64,000 nt of DNA from an uncultured Gammaproteobacteria bacterium (GCA_964504535.1 CAZDED010000003.1:6850-70849), one strand, 5' to 3'; counted from the first letter of the stretch, positions 35,505 through 45,576 are shown. Notes: generated by a model from the letters alone, not told the origin. A program made the numbers and translations.

Positions 35505-37854
35505 GTGTAGGGCTGGGAGTCGGCGTTGGGGTATTTGTCGGACTATTATTGTCGTAATGATAATTCGATTTGTCAGAAGGTCTTTTGTATTTATTGTCAT
35601 CTTTATAGTGTTCATTTACCCAAGCGTCGATAGCCTCTTGCCACCTATTTTTCCCGTCGGTTGAGACCGGATCATCTTCAACAAAATTTATGACTTCAAT
35701 AGTATCGTAATCATTGCGTGACAGTTCCTCATCTGATGCTAATTTTCCTTGATCGTGTTTTGACATCTTGAGTGTCTTATAGATAGGAGATTTTGTTGTT
35801 GGCTCAGTCCCTTTTATAAAATACTCAACCCTTGTTGGTTGACCATCTATCGGAAGTCCACCTGAAAATGCATCAATTTGCTTATCAACAATGCTGTCCG
35901 GCTTTTGGAATTCTTCTTTTGGTTTTCCCTTAAGAACTCTGGTCATAACCTTATTCCAGATGGGAGATGCACCGGTAACACCTGATGCGATACGAGGGTC
36001 GAGTGGGGTGTTGTCATTATTTCCAACCCACACACCTACTGCATAGGAAGGCGTATATCCGACCGTCCAGTTATCCCTCTTCTGGTCAGTCGTACCGGTT
36101 TTGACAGATACAGTTCTTCCGGAGACGTTGAGCCACGAATTTGGCCCAAATGCCTCAATCCTAGCATTGTTATCTAGAAGTATGTGTGATATCAAAAAAG
36201 CCACAGATTGTTCAAGAACCTGCTGTTGGCCCTTATCTTGGTGTTTGTAAAGCGTCTTTCCATGTGTGTCTTTAACTTCTTCAATGCCATATGTCTCCTT
36301 CTTTTGACCACCTCTCGCAAACACCGAATATGCAGAGGTTATCTGAACAAGACTAGCTTCGCGTCCTCCCAAAACAAGAGAAAGTCCTACGCTTTTCAGA
36401 TGATCTGAGGTCGGCTCCCAATTTGATATTCCCATATCAAACCCTTTTTGCATAACAGGTTTTATGCCAACTCGAGCCAACATCTTAACGGCAGGGACAT
36501 TAAGAGAATTGCCAAGAGAGAAGCGCAGTTGTACCGGCCCCCTAAATTTTCCGTCATAATTGACGGGAGTATACGCTGTGTTATTTCCACTCCCATCATT
36601 GACTGGAAAATCTGTCTTAACATCCATAATAAGAGTTGAAGGAGTATAACCCTTCTCCAAAGCCACAGCATACATTATTGGCTTGAGACTTGATCCTGGT
36701 TGCCGAAGGGAAGTAGCAGCATTGAACTGTCCATCTATGTCATCATTAAAATAGTCACGACTTCCAAGCATTGCCATAATTCCACCTGTTTTAACATCCA
36801 GCACCATGACCGCCGCATTCTGGACTTTATAATTTTTAAATCCTTCAAATTCTTTTGTCACAATTTCCTCTGCATCGTCCTGAATATCAGAATCCAGTGT
36901 TGTTTTGATGGTCAAATTCCCGTTACTAACGTAATTCTCCCCAAACATGTCAATCAGCTGTTGCCTAACATACATGACAAAATGAGGAGCCTTTATAGCT
37001 TCTGTCTTGTGCTGTTTAAATGTAAAATTCGTAATTGTTTTTAAAGCCTCGTCCGCTTGTTTTTGAGAAATATATCCCTCATCCTTCATTCTTCTCAGAA
37101 CATCTTTTGAGCGTCCTATATAATTTTTATCTTTGTTGGCAAAAGGAGAATAGTAAGATGGAAGCTGTGGAAGTCCGCCAAGAAAAGCACTCTCCGGAAG
37201 CGTCAAATCTTTTGCATGTTTGTTAAAGTACAAATTGCTTGCAGCCTCTATTCCAACGGCTGTTCCTCCATAAGGGATATTGTTGAGATACATCTCCAGT
37301 ATTTGATTTTTTGAGTATTTACTATCAACTTGTACTGCCAGGATCAGTTCCTTCAATTTTCTTGTGATAGTGCGCTCTGAAGACAACAATGCAATTTTCA
37401 CCAACTGTTGGGTTATTGTTGACCCTCCGGTAGCCCGTTTTCTAAGTAGGGGGTCTAATATAACTCCGCGAAAAAGACCAGTTAGGGAAAAGCCCTTGTT
37501 CTGCATAAAATCTTTATCCTCAGTTGCAATCGTTGCATTTCTTAGATCTTGAGGTATCTGATCTAATGGTACATAAATCCTGTTGTAGTCTTTATAAAAT
37601 GAATACAGGAGCTTACCGTTCTTATCCAGGATTCTTGTCGAATCCTTTATATTTCCGTTAGCAAGCTTGCCGGGTGTTGGAAGATCTCGGCTTACCCATA
37701 GCACATATCCAAAACCTATTACTATAAGTGCGACAAGGGCAAAAAAGATATATTTAGCCAACTTTGCTTCCAAAAAAGCAGTTTTTGATGAAAAAAATGG
37801 ACGTTTTCTTTGGGCAGTTCTTCTGAGGCGGCTGTAATACATATTTATATGCAT
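35494..37854 (-). CDS. Class A penicillin-binding protein (PBP1A family, transglycosylase-transpeptidase)
   Basis: ATEDKDF, GGSTITQQLVK, RKLKE, EMYLN in the transglycosylase domain; SSLK, SLN, KTGT in the transpeptidase domain; N-terminal TM; C-terminal PT repeats. Confidence 0.95.
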   Translation of the reverse strand: MHINMYYSRLRRTAQRKRPFFSSKTAFLEAKLAKYIFFALVALIVIGFGYVLWVSRDLPTPGKLANGNIKDSTRILDKNGKLLYSFYKDYNRIYVPLDQIPQDLRNATIATEDKDFMQNKGFSLTGLFRGVILDPLLRKRATGGSTITQQLVKIALLSSERTITRKLKELILAVQVDSKYSKNQILEMYLNNIPYGGTAVGIEAASNLYFNKHAKDLTLPESAFLGGLPQLPSYYSPFANKDKNYIGRSKDVLRRMKDEGYISQKQADEALKTITNFTFKQHKTEAIKAPHFVMYVRQQLIDMFGENYVSNGNLTIKTTLDSDIQDDAEEIVTKEFEGFKNYKVQNAAVMVLDVKTGGIMAMLGSRDYFNDDIDGQFNAATSLRQPGSSLKPIMYAVALEKGYTPSTLIMDVKTDFPVNDGSGNNTAYTPVNYDGKFRGPVQLRFSLGNSLNVPAVKMLARVGIKPVMQKGFDMGISNWEPTSDHLKSVGLSLVLGGREASLVQITSAYSVFARGGQKKETYGIEEVKDTHGKTLYKHQDKGQQQVLEQSVAFLISHILLDNNARIEAFGPNSWLNVSGRTVSVKTGTTDQKRDNWTVGYTPSYAVGVWVGNNDNTPLDPRIASGVTGASPIWNKVMTRVLKGKPKEEFQKPDSIVDKQIDAFSGGLPIDGQPTRVEYFIKGTEPTTKSPIYKTLKMSKHDQGKLASDEELSRNDYDTIEVINFVEDDPVSTDGKNRWQEAIDAWVNEHYKDDNKYKRPSDKSNYHYDNNSPTNTPTPTPSPTPTP

Positions 37855-37935
37855 CGCAGTTTTGCTTAAGGCAAAACAGTAATGCTTTAGAGGTATCTAG
37901 TATACAATTTTTGCCTATAAGAATCAAAAATCTGA

Positions 37936-38391
37936 CTACTTCATATACTTTTTTAGATATTTTATTCTGTCGGTCCGGATGATATATCTTCTGAAAGCAG
38001 AGTGGAGTGGGCGGGGTAAATTGTCCAGAGTAAACCATCCGATATCATCAATCTTATCTTTCTCCATAATTTTTACTTCTTTTGGGTTTACTTTGACGAT
38101 AAAACCAATAGCCAACCAATGCGTTTTTATACCGTTTTGCACCCGTATAGCAGATATTGCAGGAAGCTGCTCCAAAATTTCAGCTTTACATCCTAATTCT
38201 TCTTTAACTTCTCGAAGTACTCCATGCTCAGGGGTTTCACCAAATTCTAACTGCCCGCCACCATTGTCCCAACGACCAATTTCATCACGACAAGCTTTTC
38301 CTCTTTTGTGAAGAAGAATCTTTCCTTTTCCATCCATGCAATAAAAATTCATGGTAACTCCAATATGATCAATCCCAACTTTACGTTTCAT
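37936..38391 (-). CDS. NUDIX hydrolase
   Basis: WDNGGGQLEFGETPEHGVLREVKEELG Nudix box; start set at ATG 38391. Confidence 0.85.
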   Translation of the reverse strand: MKRKVGIDHIGVTMNFYCMDGKGKILLHKRGKACRDEIGRWDNGGGQLEFGETPEHGVLREVKEELGCKAEILEQLPAISAIRVQNGIKTHWLAIGFIVKVNPKEVKIMEKDKIDDIGWFTLDNLPRPLHSAFRRYIIRTDRIKYLKKYMK

Positions 38392-38455
38392 AGTAAAGCA
38401 GTATACCAAATGAGAATGTTATGGCAAAAAAATCTAAATTGACTATAATCTATAT

Positions 38456-39649
38456 ATGGACGAAATAGACCAATTGTTAACTCGAGGTGTAGACAAGATA
38501 TACCCCTCAAAAGAGGCTTTGGAAAAAGAACTCCGTTCTGGTAAGAAATTAAAACTTTATGAAGGGTTTGACCCGACAGGAACAGATCTTCATATTGGGC
38601 ACATGATAGGTCTTCGCAAGTTGGCGCAATGGCAAAAATTGGGACATCATGTCATTTTTCTCATTGGAACAGGAACCGGGCAAGCTGGGGATCCGTCTGG
38701 AAAATTGTCGTCTCGAGAAAAATTCTTCAACGAAGAAGAGTTAAAGAAAAACGCAAAAGACTATGTCATGCAGGCAAAAAAGCTTTTGGATTTTGATGGT
38801 CCAAACCCGGTTGAGATTCTTTATAACGGAGATTGGCTTAACAAACTTACACTTTCTGAGATCTTAGAGATCTTTGGACACATAACGCACCAGCAACTCA
38901 TCGAACGCGATATGTTCCAAGAGCGTATAAAAGCAAACAGCGACATTAATATGAGGGAATTCATTTATCCAGTTCTTCAAGGGTACGATTCAGTTGCCAT
39001 GGATGTCGATCTTGAAATAGGAGGGTCGGACCAAACATTTAATATGCTTGTTGGTCGCAAACTCCAACGATCCATCAATAACCGAGAGAAATTTGTGATG
39101 ACAACGCCACTTCTTACGGACTCTAAAGGCACAAAAATTGGAAAATCTGAAGGCAATGCTATTGGCCTTACCGACAAGCCAGAAAACCTTTTCGGCAAGA
39201 TCATGAGCCTTTCAGATGATGTAATTGTTAAAGCAATGGAGTATCTGACAGACATTGCGATGGATGAGATAAAGGAAATTGAGCGAAAATTAAAACACGA
39301 AAATCCAATTGTCTTTAAAAAAAGATTGGCATATGAAATTGTCAAACAACTAAACGGTGAGGAAGAAGCAAGAAGAGCAGAGGAATCATTCAAAAGTGTT
39401 GTGCAGGATAAAAACCTCCCAACAGATATTCCGATCATTAGTTTCCCAAGTGGAGCTACGATTTCAGGTACAGCAACAGCAAACAATCTTGTCGACTCTA
39501 ATTCCGAATGGAAAAGACTAGTTTCTCAAGGCGCAGTTTCTGTTGATAGGAAACGTATTGAGAACCCATTTATGAAAAATGACGAGCTACCTGATGGTGG
39601 AATTCTCAAAATAGGAAATAGAAATTATGCTAAAATAGTTAAAGATTAA
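38456..39649 (+). CDS. tyrS: Tyrosine--tRNA ligase
   Basis: GFDPT.DLHIGH, YPVLQGYD, EIGGSDQ, KIGKS, C-terminal S4-like domain. Confidence 0.97.
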   Translation: MDEIDQLLTRGVDKIYPSKEALEKELRSGKKLKLYEGFDPTGTDLHIGHMIGLRKLAQWQKLGHHVIFLIGTGTGQAGDPSGKLSSREKFFNEEELKKNAKDYVMQAKKLLDFDGPNPVEILYNGDWLNKLTLSEILEIFGHITHQQLIERDMFQERIKANSDINMREFIYPVLQGYDSVAMDVDLEIGGSDQTFNMLVGRKLQRSINNREKFVMTTPLLTDSKGTKIGKSEGNAIGLTDKPENLFGKIMSLSDDVIVKAMEYLTDIAMDEIKEIERKLKHENPIVFKKRLAYEIVKQLNGEEEARRAEESFKSVVQDKNLPTDIPIISFPSGATISGTATANNLVDSNSEWKRLVSQGAVSVDRKRIENPFMKNDELPDGGILKIGNRNYAKIVKD

Positions 39650-39651
39650 TT

Positions 39652-39753
39652 ATGGAAACAATCCGGAAGAAAAAGTGGATAATGAAAACTCTCATGGTAA
39701 TTGTAACGCTAGCCATGGTTGCTACAATTATTTTGCCATACGTTATTCAATAG
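39652..39753 (+). CDS. Small single-TM protein (33 aa), not in ORF track
   Basis: METIRKKKWIMKTLMVIVTLAMVATIILPYVIQ; fills the tyrS-recG gap, its stop directly abuts the recG ATG. Confidence 0.6.
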   Translation: METIRKKKWIMKTLMVIVTLAMVATIILPYVIQ

Positions 39754-41784
39754 ATGGATCTTAATACTCCAGTAGGAGAACTTGGACTTACATTCCGCCT
39801 TAAAAAATCCGCCCTCGCAAGACTTAACATCATAACTCTTGAAGATCTTCTTTTTCACCTTCCATTCCGCTATGAAGATTTTACCAATACAGTCTTTATC
39901 CGCAATCTAAAGATCAGTGAGCAGTCAGTGATAAAAGGAAAAGTTCTTGATATCAAAAATGAATACACAAAAAAAAGATTTGTTCTACAAAAAGCCAAAA
40001 TCATGGATGAAACGGGAACCGTCGAATGCACTTGGTTCAATCAAACGTACATAACACGAATAATTCATCCAGGGGACGAAATAGGACTAGTTGGCAAACT
40101 CGATTTTTTTGGAAAAAAACCCACTTTTCAGGTAAAAGAATATGAAGTTCTGTCTAATGAATCAGGACTTCACACGACTGGTTTTGTACCTGTTTATAAT
40201 GAAACGAAAGGACTTTCATCCAAATGGTTGAGAAACAGAATATTTGACATCCTCAATAATAATAAGACTCCGATTCCCGAATACTTGTCTCAAAAAGAAT
40301 TATCAAAACTTGAATTTTCAGATCTTTCAACTGCTTTGAAGAATTGTCATTTCCCTAAAGATCTTAAGTCAGCGGAGCATGCACGTGCTCGACTTGCTTT
40401 TGACGAATTGTTACTTTCCCATTTAGCTGCATTGAAGCGCAGACGCGAGTGGGAAGAAAAAAATAAGGGAGTACCATTCCAAACTACAAACTTCAAACTG
40501 CAACTTACAGACTTCATAAATTCTCTGCCTTTTGAACTTACAGATGGACAAAAAAAGGCGCTCTCAGATATTGAAAATGATCTACAAAGGGATATTCCTA
40601 TGAACAGACTTTTGGAAGGGGATGTCGGAAGCGGTAAAACTGTGGTCGCGGCAATTTCAATGTATTTAGCACACTTAAATTCTTTTCAGTCAGCACTAAT
40701 GGCACCCACAGAAATTCTTGCCAACCAACACTTTGCAACTATTTCAAAACTCTTCGAACCCCTAGGAATTTCAGTTGGCCTCCTCACTTCTTCTTCAAAA
40801 CTAAACCCCTCCCAACCAAACCCTAACATCTTAATTGGTACCCACGCTCTCATTCAAAAAAATGTTAATTTTGAAAAGCTTGGACTTGTTGTTATTGATG
40901 AACAGCAGCGGTTTGGAGTTGAACAGCGCTCAATCCTTCGCGAAAAAGGGACAAATCCTCATTTTTTGGCAATGACGGCAACACCTATCCCAAGAACGAT
41001 TCTTTTAGCAGTATATAAAGACCTTGATATTTCATTATTAAATGAATTGCCGAACGGAAGACAAAAGATAAAGACGTGGCTTGTTCCAAATAAAAAAAGA
41101 GAGAAAGCATACGGATGGATCAACAAACAAATTATAGATAGTAATTACAATGACCAAGCCTTTATAGTTTGTCCTTTCATAGAGGAGTCTGAAAGCATGG
41201 AAACAGTAAAAGCTGCAAAATCAGAGTTTGAAAGATTGCAGCATGAGGATCTGAAAGGACTCAAGCTTGGATTATTGCACGGAAAGATGACGGGAAAAGA
41301 AAAAGATCAGGTGCTTATGGACTTTAAGGATAAAAAAACACACGTGCTTGTCGCAACTCCGGTCGTTGAGGTAGGAATTGATATACCAGATGCCACAATT
41401 ATGGTGATCGAGGCAGCCGAGCGGTTTGGACTTTCCCAACTGCACCAGCTCAGGGGAAGAGTAGGCAGAGGCGACAAGCAATCTTATTGTCTCTTATTCA
41501 CCGAATCTGAATCAGAGATTGCTACAAAAAGACTCTCATTTATGGAAACTTCCCATAGTGGTTTTGAGCTTGCAGAGTTGGATCTCAAGCTTCGCGGTGG
41601 AGGAGACCTTTTTGGAACTCGTCAACACGGAGCAGGTGGAATGAAAATAGCTGATTTCTCTAATTTTGAGCTTGTTGAAAAAGCAAAAAATGAAGCAGAG
41701 TTTCTCATTAAGGATCTTATGAAAACCCCAGAACTGCTTGAAAAGGTAGAGAGTGTCTCTCAAAAATTAGTCCACCCCGACTAA
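39754..41784 (+). CDS. recG: ATP-dependent DNA helicase RecG
   Basis: RLLEGDVGSGKT, MAPTEILA, DEQQRFGV, MTATPIPRT, ERFGLSQLHQLRGRVGRG, DLKLRGGG. Confidence 0.97.
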   Translation: MDLNTPVGELGLTFRLKKSALARLNIITLEDLLFHLPFRYEDFTNTVFIRNLKISEQSVIKGKVLDIKNEYTKKRFVLQKAKIMDETGTVECTWFNQTYITRIIHPGDEIGLVGKLDFFGKKPTFQVKEYEVLSNESGLHTTGFVPVYNETKGLSSKWLRNRIFDILNNNKTPIPEYLSQKELSKLEFSDLSTALKNCHFPKDLKSAEHARARLAFDELLLSHLAALKRRREWEEKNKGVPFQTTNFKLQLTDFINSLPFELTDGQKKALSDIENDLQRDIPMNRLLEGDVGSGKTVVAAISMYLAHLNSFQSALMAPTEILANQHFATISKLFEPLGISVGLLTSSSKLNPSQPNPNILIGTHALIQKNVNFEKLGLVVIDEQQRFGVEQRSILREKGTNPHFLAMTATPIPRTILLAVYKDLDISLLNELPNGRQKIKTWLVPNKKREKAYGWINKQIIDSNYNDQAFIVCPFIEESESMETVKAAKSEFERLQHEDLKGLKLGLLHGKMTGKEKDQVLMDFKDKKTHVLVATPVVEVGIDIPDATIMVIEAAERFGLSQLHQLRGRVGRGDKQSYCLLFTESESEIATKRLSFMETSHSGFELAELDLKLRGGGDLFGTRQHGAGGMKIADFSNFELVEKAKNEAEFLIKDLMKTPELLEKVESVSQKLVHPD

Positions 41785-41797
41785 AAAGCAACAACTA

Positions 41798-41826
41798 TTG
41801 CTTTTGAACTTAAATTTATATATAAT
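41798..41826 (+). promoter_or_regulatory. Putative sigma70 promoter for rpmF-nusB-rnc
   Basis: TTGCTT-N17-TATAAT. Confidence 0.65.
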
Positions 41827-41916
41827 TGTTGCTAGCGTTTAGATATTAGGGTTTAGGGTTTAGTTAAAAAAACATAACTAAACGCTGTACCCTTCCCTAA
41901 CTATACGCTAATTTTT

Positions 41917-42093
41917 ATGCCACAAGAACCAAAGAGAAGACATTCTAGACAAAGAAAGGGGAAAAGACGAAGCTCTATTTCTCTTGATTCAATTGCAGCC
42001 TCAGTTTGCAAAAACTGTGGATCTGTAGTTGTACCTCACACTATCTGCAAAGCATGCGGATATTACAAAGGCCGCCAAGTACTTTCTAAATAA
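41917..42093 (+). CDS. rpmF: 50S ribosomal protein L32 (zinc-ribbon type), not in ORF track
   Basis: MPQEPKRRHSRQRKGKRR...CKNCG...PHTICKACGYYKGRQV (58 aa). Confidence 0.95.
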   Translation: MPQEPKRRHSRQRKGKRRSSISLDSIAASVCKNCGSVVVPHTICKACGYYKGRQVLSK

Positions 42094-42102
42094 TATAACT
42101 TC

Positions 42103-42456
42103 ATGAAAACTGCTCTTGATCCAAGGCATAAGAAGAGACAGGACATTGTTCAACTTCTTTTTTCCTATAGTTTTTTAGAACAAAAGATCTCCGATCCTAA
42201 AGCCAGAGAGGTAATCGCACAGATGGGTGAACTGGATGAACAAATAAAAAATATCGCACCGGAATTTCCGATAGAGAAAATCAATAAAGTCGACTTGGCT
42301 ATTTTACGTCTGGCTATTTATGAGTTACAATTTGAGAAGAGTACACCACCGAAAGTCATCATTGATGAAGCAATAGAACTTGCTAAAGAATTCGGCGGCG
42401 AATCTTCCCCTGGTTTTGTCAATGGTGCTCTCGGGAAACTATTAAAAAGCATATGA
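42103..42456 (+). CDS. nusB: Transcription antitermination factor NusB
   Basis: VDLAILRLAIYEL, PPKVIIDEAIELAKEFG, FVNGALG. Confidence 0.95.
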   Translation: MKTALDPRHKKRQDIVQLLFSYSFLEQKISDPKAREVIAQMGELDEQIKNIAPEFPIEKINKVDLAILRLAIYELQFEKSTPPKVIIDEAIELAKEFGGESSPGFVNGALGKLLKSI

Positions 42457-43124
42457 ATGTTAAATTGCCGGAATTTACGGATGAAAATATCCGAAAATTG
42501 GTTTTTACCCATAGATCTTACCTCAACGAAAATAAAGAGGTGCAAGAATCTAATGAAAGGCTCGAATTTTTGGGTGACAGTATCCTGTCTTTTGTCGTTT
42601 CCTCTCATATATATTCTCAACATCCCGATATCAAGGAAGGGGAATTAACGAGTCTGCGGTCAGTTCTTACAAATACTCAGACTTTGTATCTCGTTTCAGA
42701 AGCAATGGGACTGGGCAATCTTCTCACGATGAGCAAAGGAGAAGAGGATGGTGGGGGCAGAACCAATAAAACGATACTAGCCAATACCTACGAAGCTGTC
42801 GTCGGAGGCTTGTACTTGGATCAGGGAATAGATGCGGCTAGAGAATTTATAACGCGCACGATTTTGGATAATGCAAATGAATTTGTAGGAACCCAAGGCC
42901 TTAAAGATGCAAAAAGCATGCTTCAGGAATACATGCAGGAAAAATTTAAAGTAAGTCCTGATTACCGGATTCTTGAAGAACAGGGCCCTGATCACGACAA
43001 AAATTACACATCGGGTGTATTTTTGAATGGAGAACTGATCGCAAAAGGGGTAGGACATTCAAAACAAGAGGCAGAAAAAGACGCGGCGCAAAAGGCGCTT
43101 GAGACAATGAATGTTTCGTATTAA
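42453..43124 (+). CDS. rnc: Ribonuclease III
   Basis: THRSY, NERLEFLGDSIL, EAVVGGLYLDQG, dsRBD. Confidence 0.97.
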   Translation: MNVKLPEFTDENIRKLVFTHRSYLNENKEVQESNERLEFLGDSILSFVVSSHIYSQHPDIKEGELTSLRSVLTNTQTLYLVSEAMGLGNLLTMSKGEEDGGGRTNKTILANTYEAVVGGLYLDQGIDAAREFITRTILDNANEFVGTQGLKDAKSMLQEYMQEKFKVSPDYRILEEQGPDHDKNYTSGVFLNGELIAKGVGHSKQEAEKDAAQKALETMNVSY

Positions 43125-43132
43125 TTAAATGC

Positions 43133-43161
43133 TTGTAATTGAGCCTCAAAAATTGTACAAT
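43133..43161 (+). promoter_or_regulatory. Putative sigma70 promoter for rpsP-khpA-trmD
   Basis: TTGTAA-N17-TACAAT, 11 nt before the rpsP ATG. Confidence 0.6.
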
Positions 43162-43172
43162 TACACCTTACT

Positions 43173-43439
43173 ATGTTAGTTATCAGATTTACAAGAACAG
43201 GAAAAAGAGGAGAGCGTAAATACAGACTCGTCGTCAAGGAACAAAGAAGTAAAAGAGACGGCAAGCCTGTAGATTTACTTGGCTTTTACGAAAAAACAGT
43301 CAATTCCGTAACAAAAGAATTTGACGCTGAAAAGATCAAGTATTGGGTGTCCAAAGGAGCTCAAATGACACCCTCAGTTAAAGACGTTATTGAAGGTGTT
43401 AAAAGAGAAAAAAAGGTAAAGACTCCAAAAACAAACTAA
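43173..43439 (+). CDS. rpsP: 30S ribosomal protein S16
   Basis: IRFTRTGKR...YRLVV...SKRDGK..D.LGFY...YWVSKGAQMT. Confidence 0.95.
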   Translation: MLVIRFTRTGKRGERKYRLVVKEQRSKRDGKPVDLLGFYEKTVNSVTKEFDAEKIKYWVSKGAQMTPSVKDVIEGVKREKKVKTPKTN

Positions 43440-43440
43440 C

Positions 43441-43689
43441 ATGAAAGAAACACTAGAATATATTCTTACAGCAATTATTGATAACAAGGAAGTAACAGTT
43501 ACCGAAAGTGAAGAAGAGGGTAGCATCATTCTTACAATCCATGCACCACAAGACGAAATAGGACGAATTATTGGTAAGGGCGGAAAAGTTATCAACGCTA
43601 TGAAACAATTAGTTAAGATACAAGCAATTCGAGAAAATAAAAGAGTAGAAATAAATGTAGCAGAATTAGACACACAGCCTCAAGAGTAA
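43441..43689 (+). CDS. khpA: KH-domain RNA-binding protein (KhpA/YlqC)
   Basis: DEIGRIIGKGGKVINAM KH motif; conserved position after rpsP. Confidence 0.9.
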   Translation: MKETLEYILTAIIDNKEVTVTESEEEGSIILTIHAPQDEIGRIIGKGGKVINAMKQLVKIQAIRENKRVEINVAELDTQPQE

Positions 43690-43690
43690 C

Positions 43691-44380
43691 GTGAAAATCT
43701 CCGTTATAACACTGTTCCCAGAAGTCTTTGAACCAATCATCAACCATTCTATAGTAAAACGTGCCGTAGAAAAGGGATTGGTAGAATTTAATATAGTCAA
43801 CCACAGAGATTTTGGAATAGGAACCCACAAAACGGTCGATGATAGGCCATACGGCGGCGGTGCTGGGATGGTTCTTCGAGTCGATGTCTTGAGCGCCGCA
43901 ATCGATTCTGTAAGGGAAAATTGTGAAGGGGAAATTGTTGCGCTTATGGACCCTCAGGGAGAAGTATACTCTCAAGAAAAGGCAGAAGATTTTTCAAAAC
44001 TCACCCATCTTATATTAATTTGCGGTCATTATGAAGGGTTTGATGAGCGGGTGAGAGATCTTGTAGACGTTGAGATTTCGGTTGGAGATTATGTTCTTAC
44101 CGGTGGTGAAATTCCAGCAATGATAATTATTGACAGCGTAACAAGACTGATAGAGGGGGTTTTGAAAGACAAGGATGCAACTAAATTTGAATCTCATTCC
44201 AAAAGTAACGCGGGAAGAATACTTGAAGGACCTACATACACAAGACCGGAAGAATTTAATTTTAAAAAAGTACCTGAAATCCTGTTGTCTGGTGACCCAA
44301 AAAAAATAGAGGAATTTAAGAAAAACGAAGCCTTAGTAATAACAAGAAAAAGAAGACCAGATCTTCTGGCAAAAGATTAG
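43691..44380 (+). CDS. trmD: tRNA (guanine37-N1)-methyltransferase
   Basis: ITLFPE, VDDRPYGGGAGMV, CGHYEGFDER, SVGDYVLTGGE, YTRP. Confidence 0.97.
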   Translation: MKISVITLFPEVFEPIINHSIVKRAVEKGLVEFNIVNHRDFGIGTHKTVDDRPYGGGAGMVLRVDVLSAAIDSVRENCEGEIVALMDPQGEVYSQEKAEDFSKLTHLILICGHYEGFDERVRDLVDVEISVGDYVLTGGEIPAMIIIDSVTRLIEGVLKDKDATKFESHSKSNAGRILEGPTYTRPEEFNFKKVPEILLSGDPKKIEEFKKNEALVITRKRRPDLLAKD

Positions 44381-45033
44381 CGCCACCCCTTCAACGTATT
44401 AAGTTGAGCTTCTTCCGCTTTGGTCAAATTCTTAACAGCAGTAGTATCTGCATTTAATGGCCTAACGGTAACTGGTTTGTAATAAAAATTCACGTCTAAC
44501 CTTGCATCGGATTTTGCCAGATCAATAGCTTTAATATCTACCAATGGGATACTTTTATATAATTCCTGGGCAAATTTTCGCAAATTCAGATTATCTCCCT
44601 CTGCGTTCACAAGAATATTAAGAAAAGGAATTCCATTAACCACCTTAGTTGTAGGTTGCACTTTTTTATCACTTTCTGCGGTATAAATTCCTCCAACTTT
44701 TATACTAAACCCCCCAAGCTTTACTCCTGATCTTTCAGCCGCCTTATTAAGCTCGGTATATATTAGCACTACGTCTTTTTGTAAAGGAAGAGCAGTTGTT
44801 ATCACTTCATAGTTCTCATCAACTACTGCTTGAGGAAGGGAATTGAGGAGAGTGACACTCTGTTCCTTTGCTTCAACACTTGCTGATTTTGTCGTCAGTA
44901 ATGATTGCACATCTTGGATATCTGACCATTGTGGAATCACAATCCTAAAAAAAACAAAAAAGGATGCGAATCCGAAGATCAATGGCAACAATTGTTTTTT
45001 CCTTCTTCTATAAATTTGCTCTAATTCATGCAT
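44377..45033 (-). CDS. Type IV pilus PilO-like alignment protein
   Basis: N-terminal TM, coiled coil, ALP..D, ferredoxin-like C-terminus; follows pilN-like and pilM. Confidence 0.6.
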   Translation of the reverse strand: MHELEQIYRRRKKQLLPLIFGFASFFVFFRIVIPQWSDIQDVQSLLTTKSASVEAKEQSVTLLNSLPQAVVDENYEVITTALPLQKDVVLIYTELNKAAERSGVKLGGFSIKVGGIYTAESDKKVQPTTKVVNGIPFLNILVNAEGDNLNLRKFAQELYKSIPLVDIKAIDLAKSDARLDVNFYYKPVTVRPLNADTTAVKNLTKAEEAQLNTLKGWR

Positions 45034-45034
45034 G

Positions 45035-45571
45035 TTACTTGAAAGTTATTACAAATGTAAGACTATATTTCAAGGTTTTCGGATTGAGACCAAATGACCG
45101 TAGATCAATTTTTCTAATTCCTCTTTTTTTGTCTGTCGCTAGCTCAGCGATCTTACTTTCGATAAGATCATTCAGCAAAGACAGGCTGTCTGATTCCAAT
45201 GTAATCTGCATATCGGTATCTGTACCGTTGATTGCATCTACAGCAGTATCCGAAGATATAACTCCTGATACCGAGTCCAGACGGGATACAACTGGAGATC
45301 TCTTACTGAGCACTTTCTGAACATCTGCTATCCTGCTTTTTATTTCGATCAACTTATCCTTCTTTTCTTGCATGGCAAGCAACTGAGAATTTAGCTTTTG
45401 CTCTTTCTGATCAAGACTGTCATACGTTCCCCTCAGAACAAGCCTATAGACAATAAGCCCTAAAGAAATGACAACAGTGGCACAAAAAACTCCGACAGTT
45501 ACATAAAAGAATTTCTTTAAAGCACTATCTACGCGTTTCCTTCCAAGTGTGAGATTGATTCCTTGTTTCAT
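45035..45571 (-). CDS. Type IV pilus PilN-like protein
   Basis: N-terminal GINL motif, TM helix, coiled coil; directly downstream of pilM. Confidence 0.65.
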   Translation of the reverse strand: MKQGINLTLGRKRVDSALKKFFYVTVGVFCATVVISLGLIVYRLVLRGTYDSLDQKEQKLNSQLLAMQEKKDKLIEIKSRIADVQKVLSKRSPVVSRLDSVSGVISSDTAVDAINGTDTDMQITLESDSLSLLNDLIESKIAELATDKKRGIRKIDLRSFGLNPKTLKYSLTFVITFK

Positions 45572-45576
45572 AGAGG

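Noticed and set aside
41846-41866. Telomere-like TTTAGGG repeats
   Set aside because: Only two units, internal to a bacterial leader hairpin; better explained by the heptamer repeat family.
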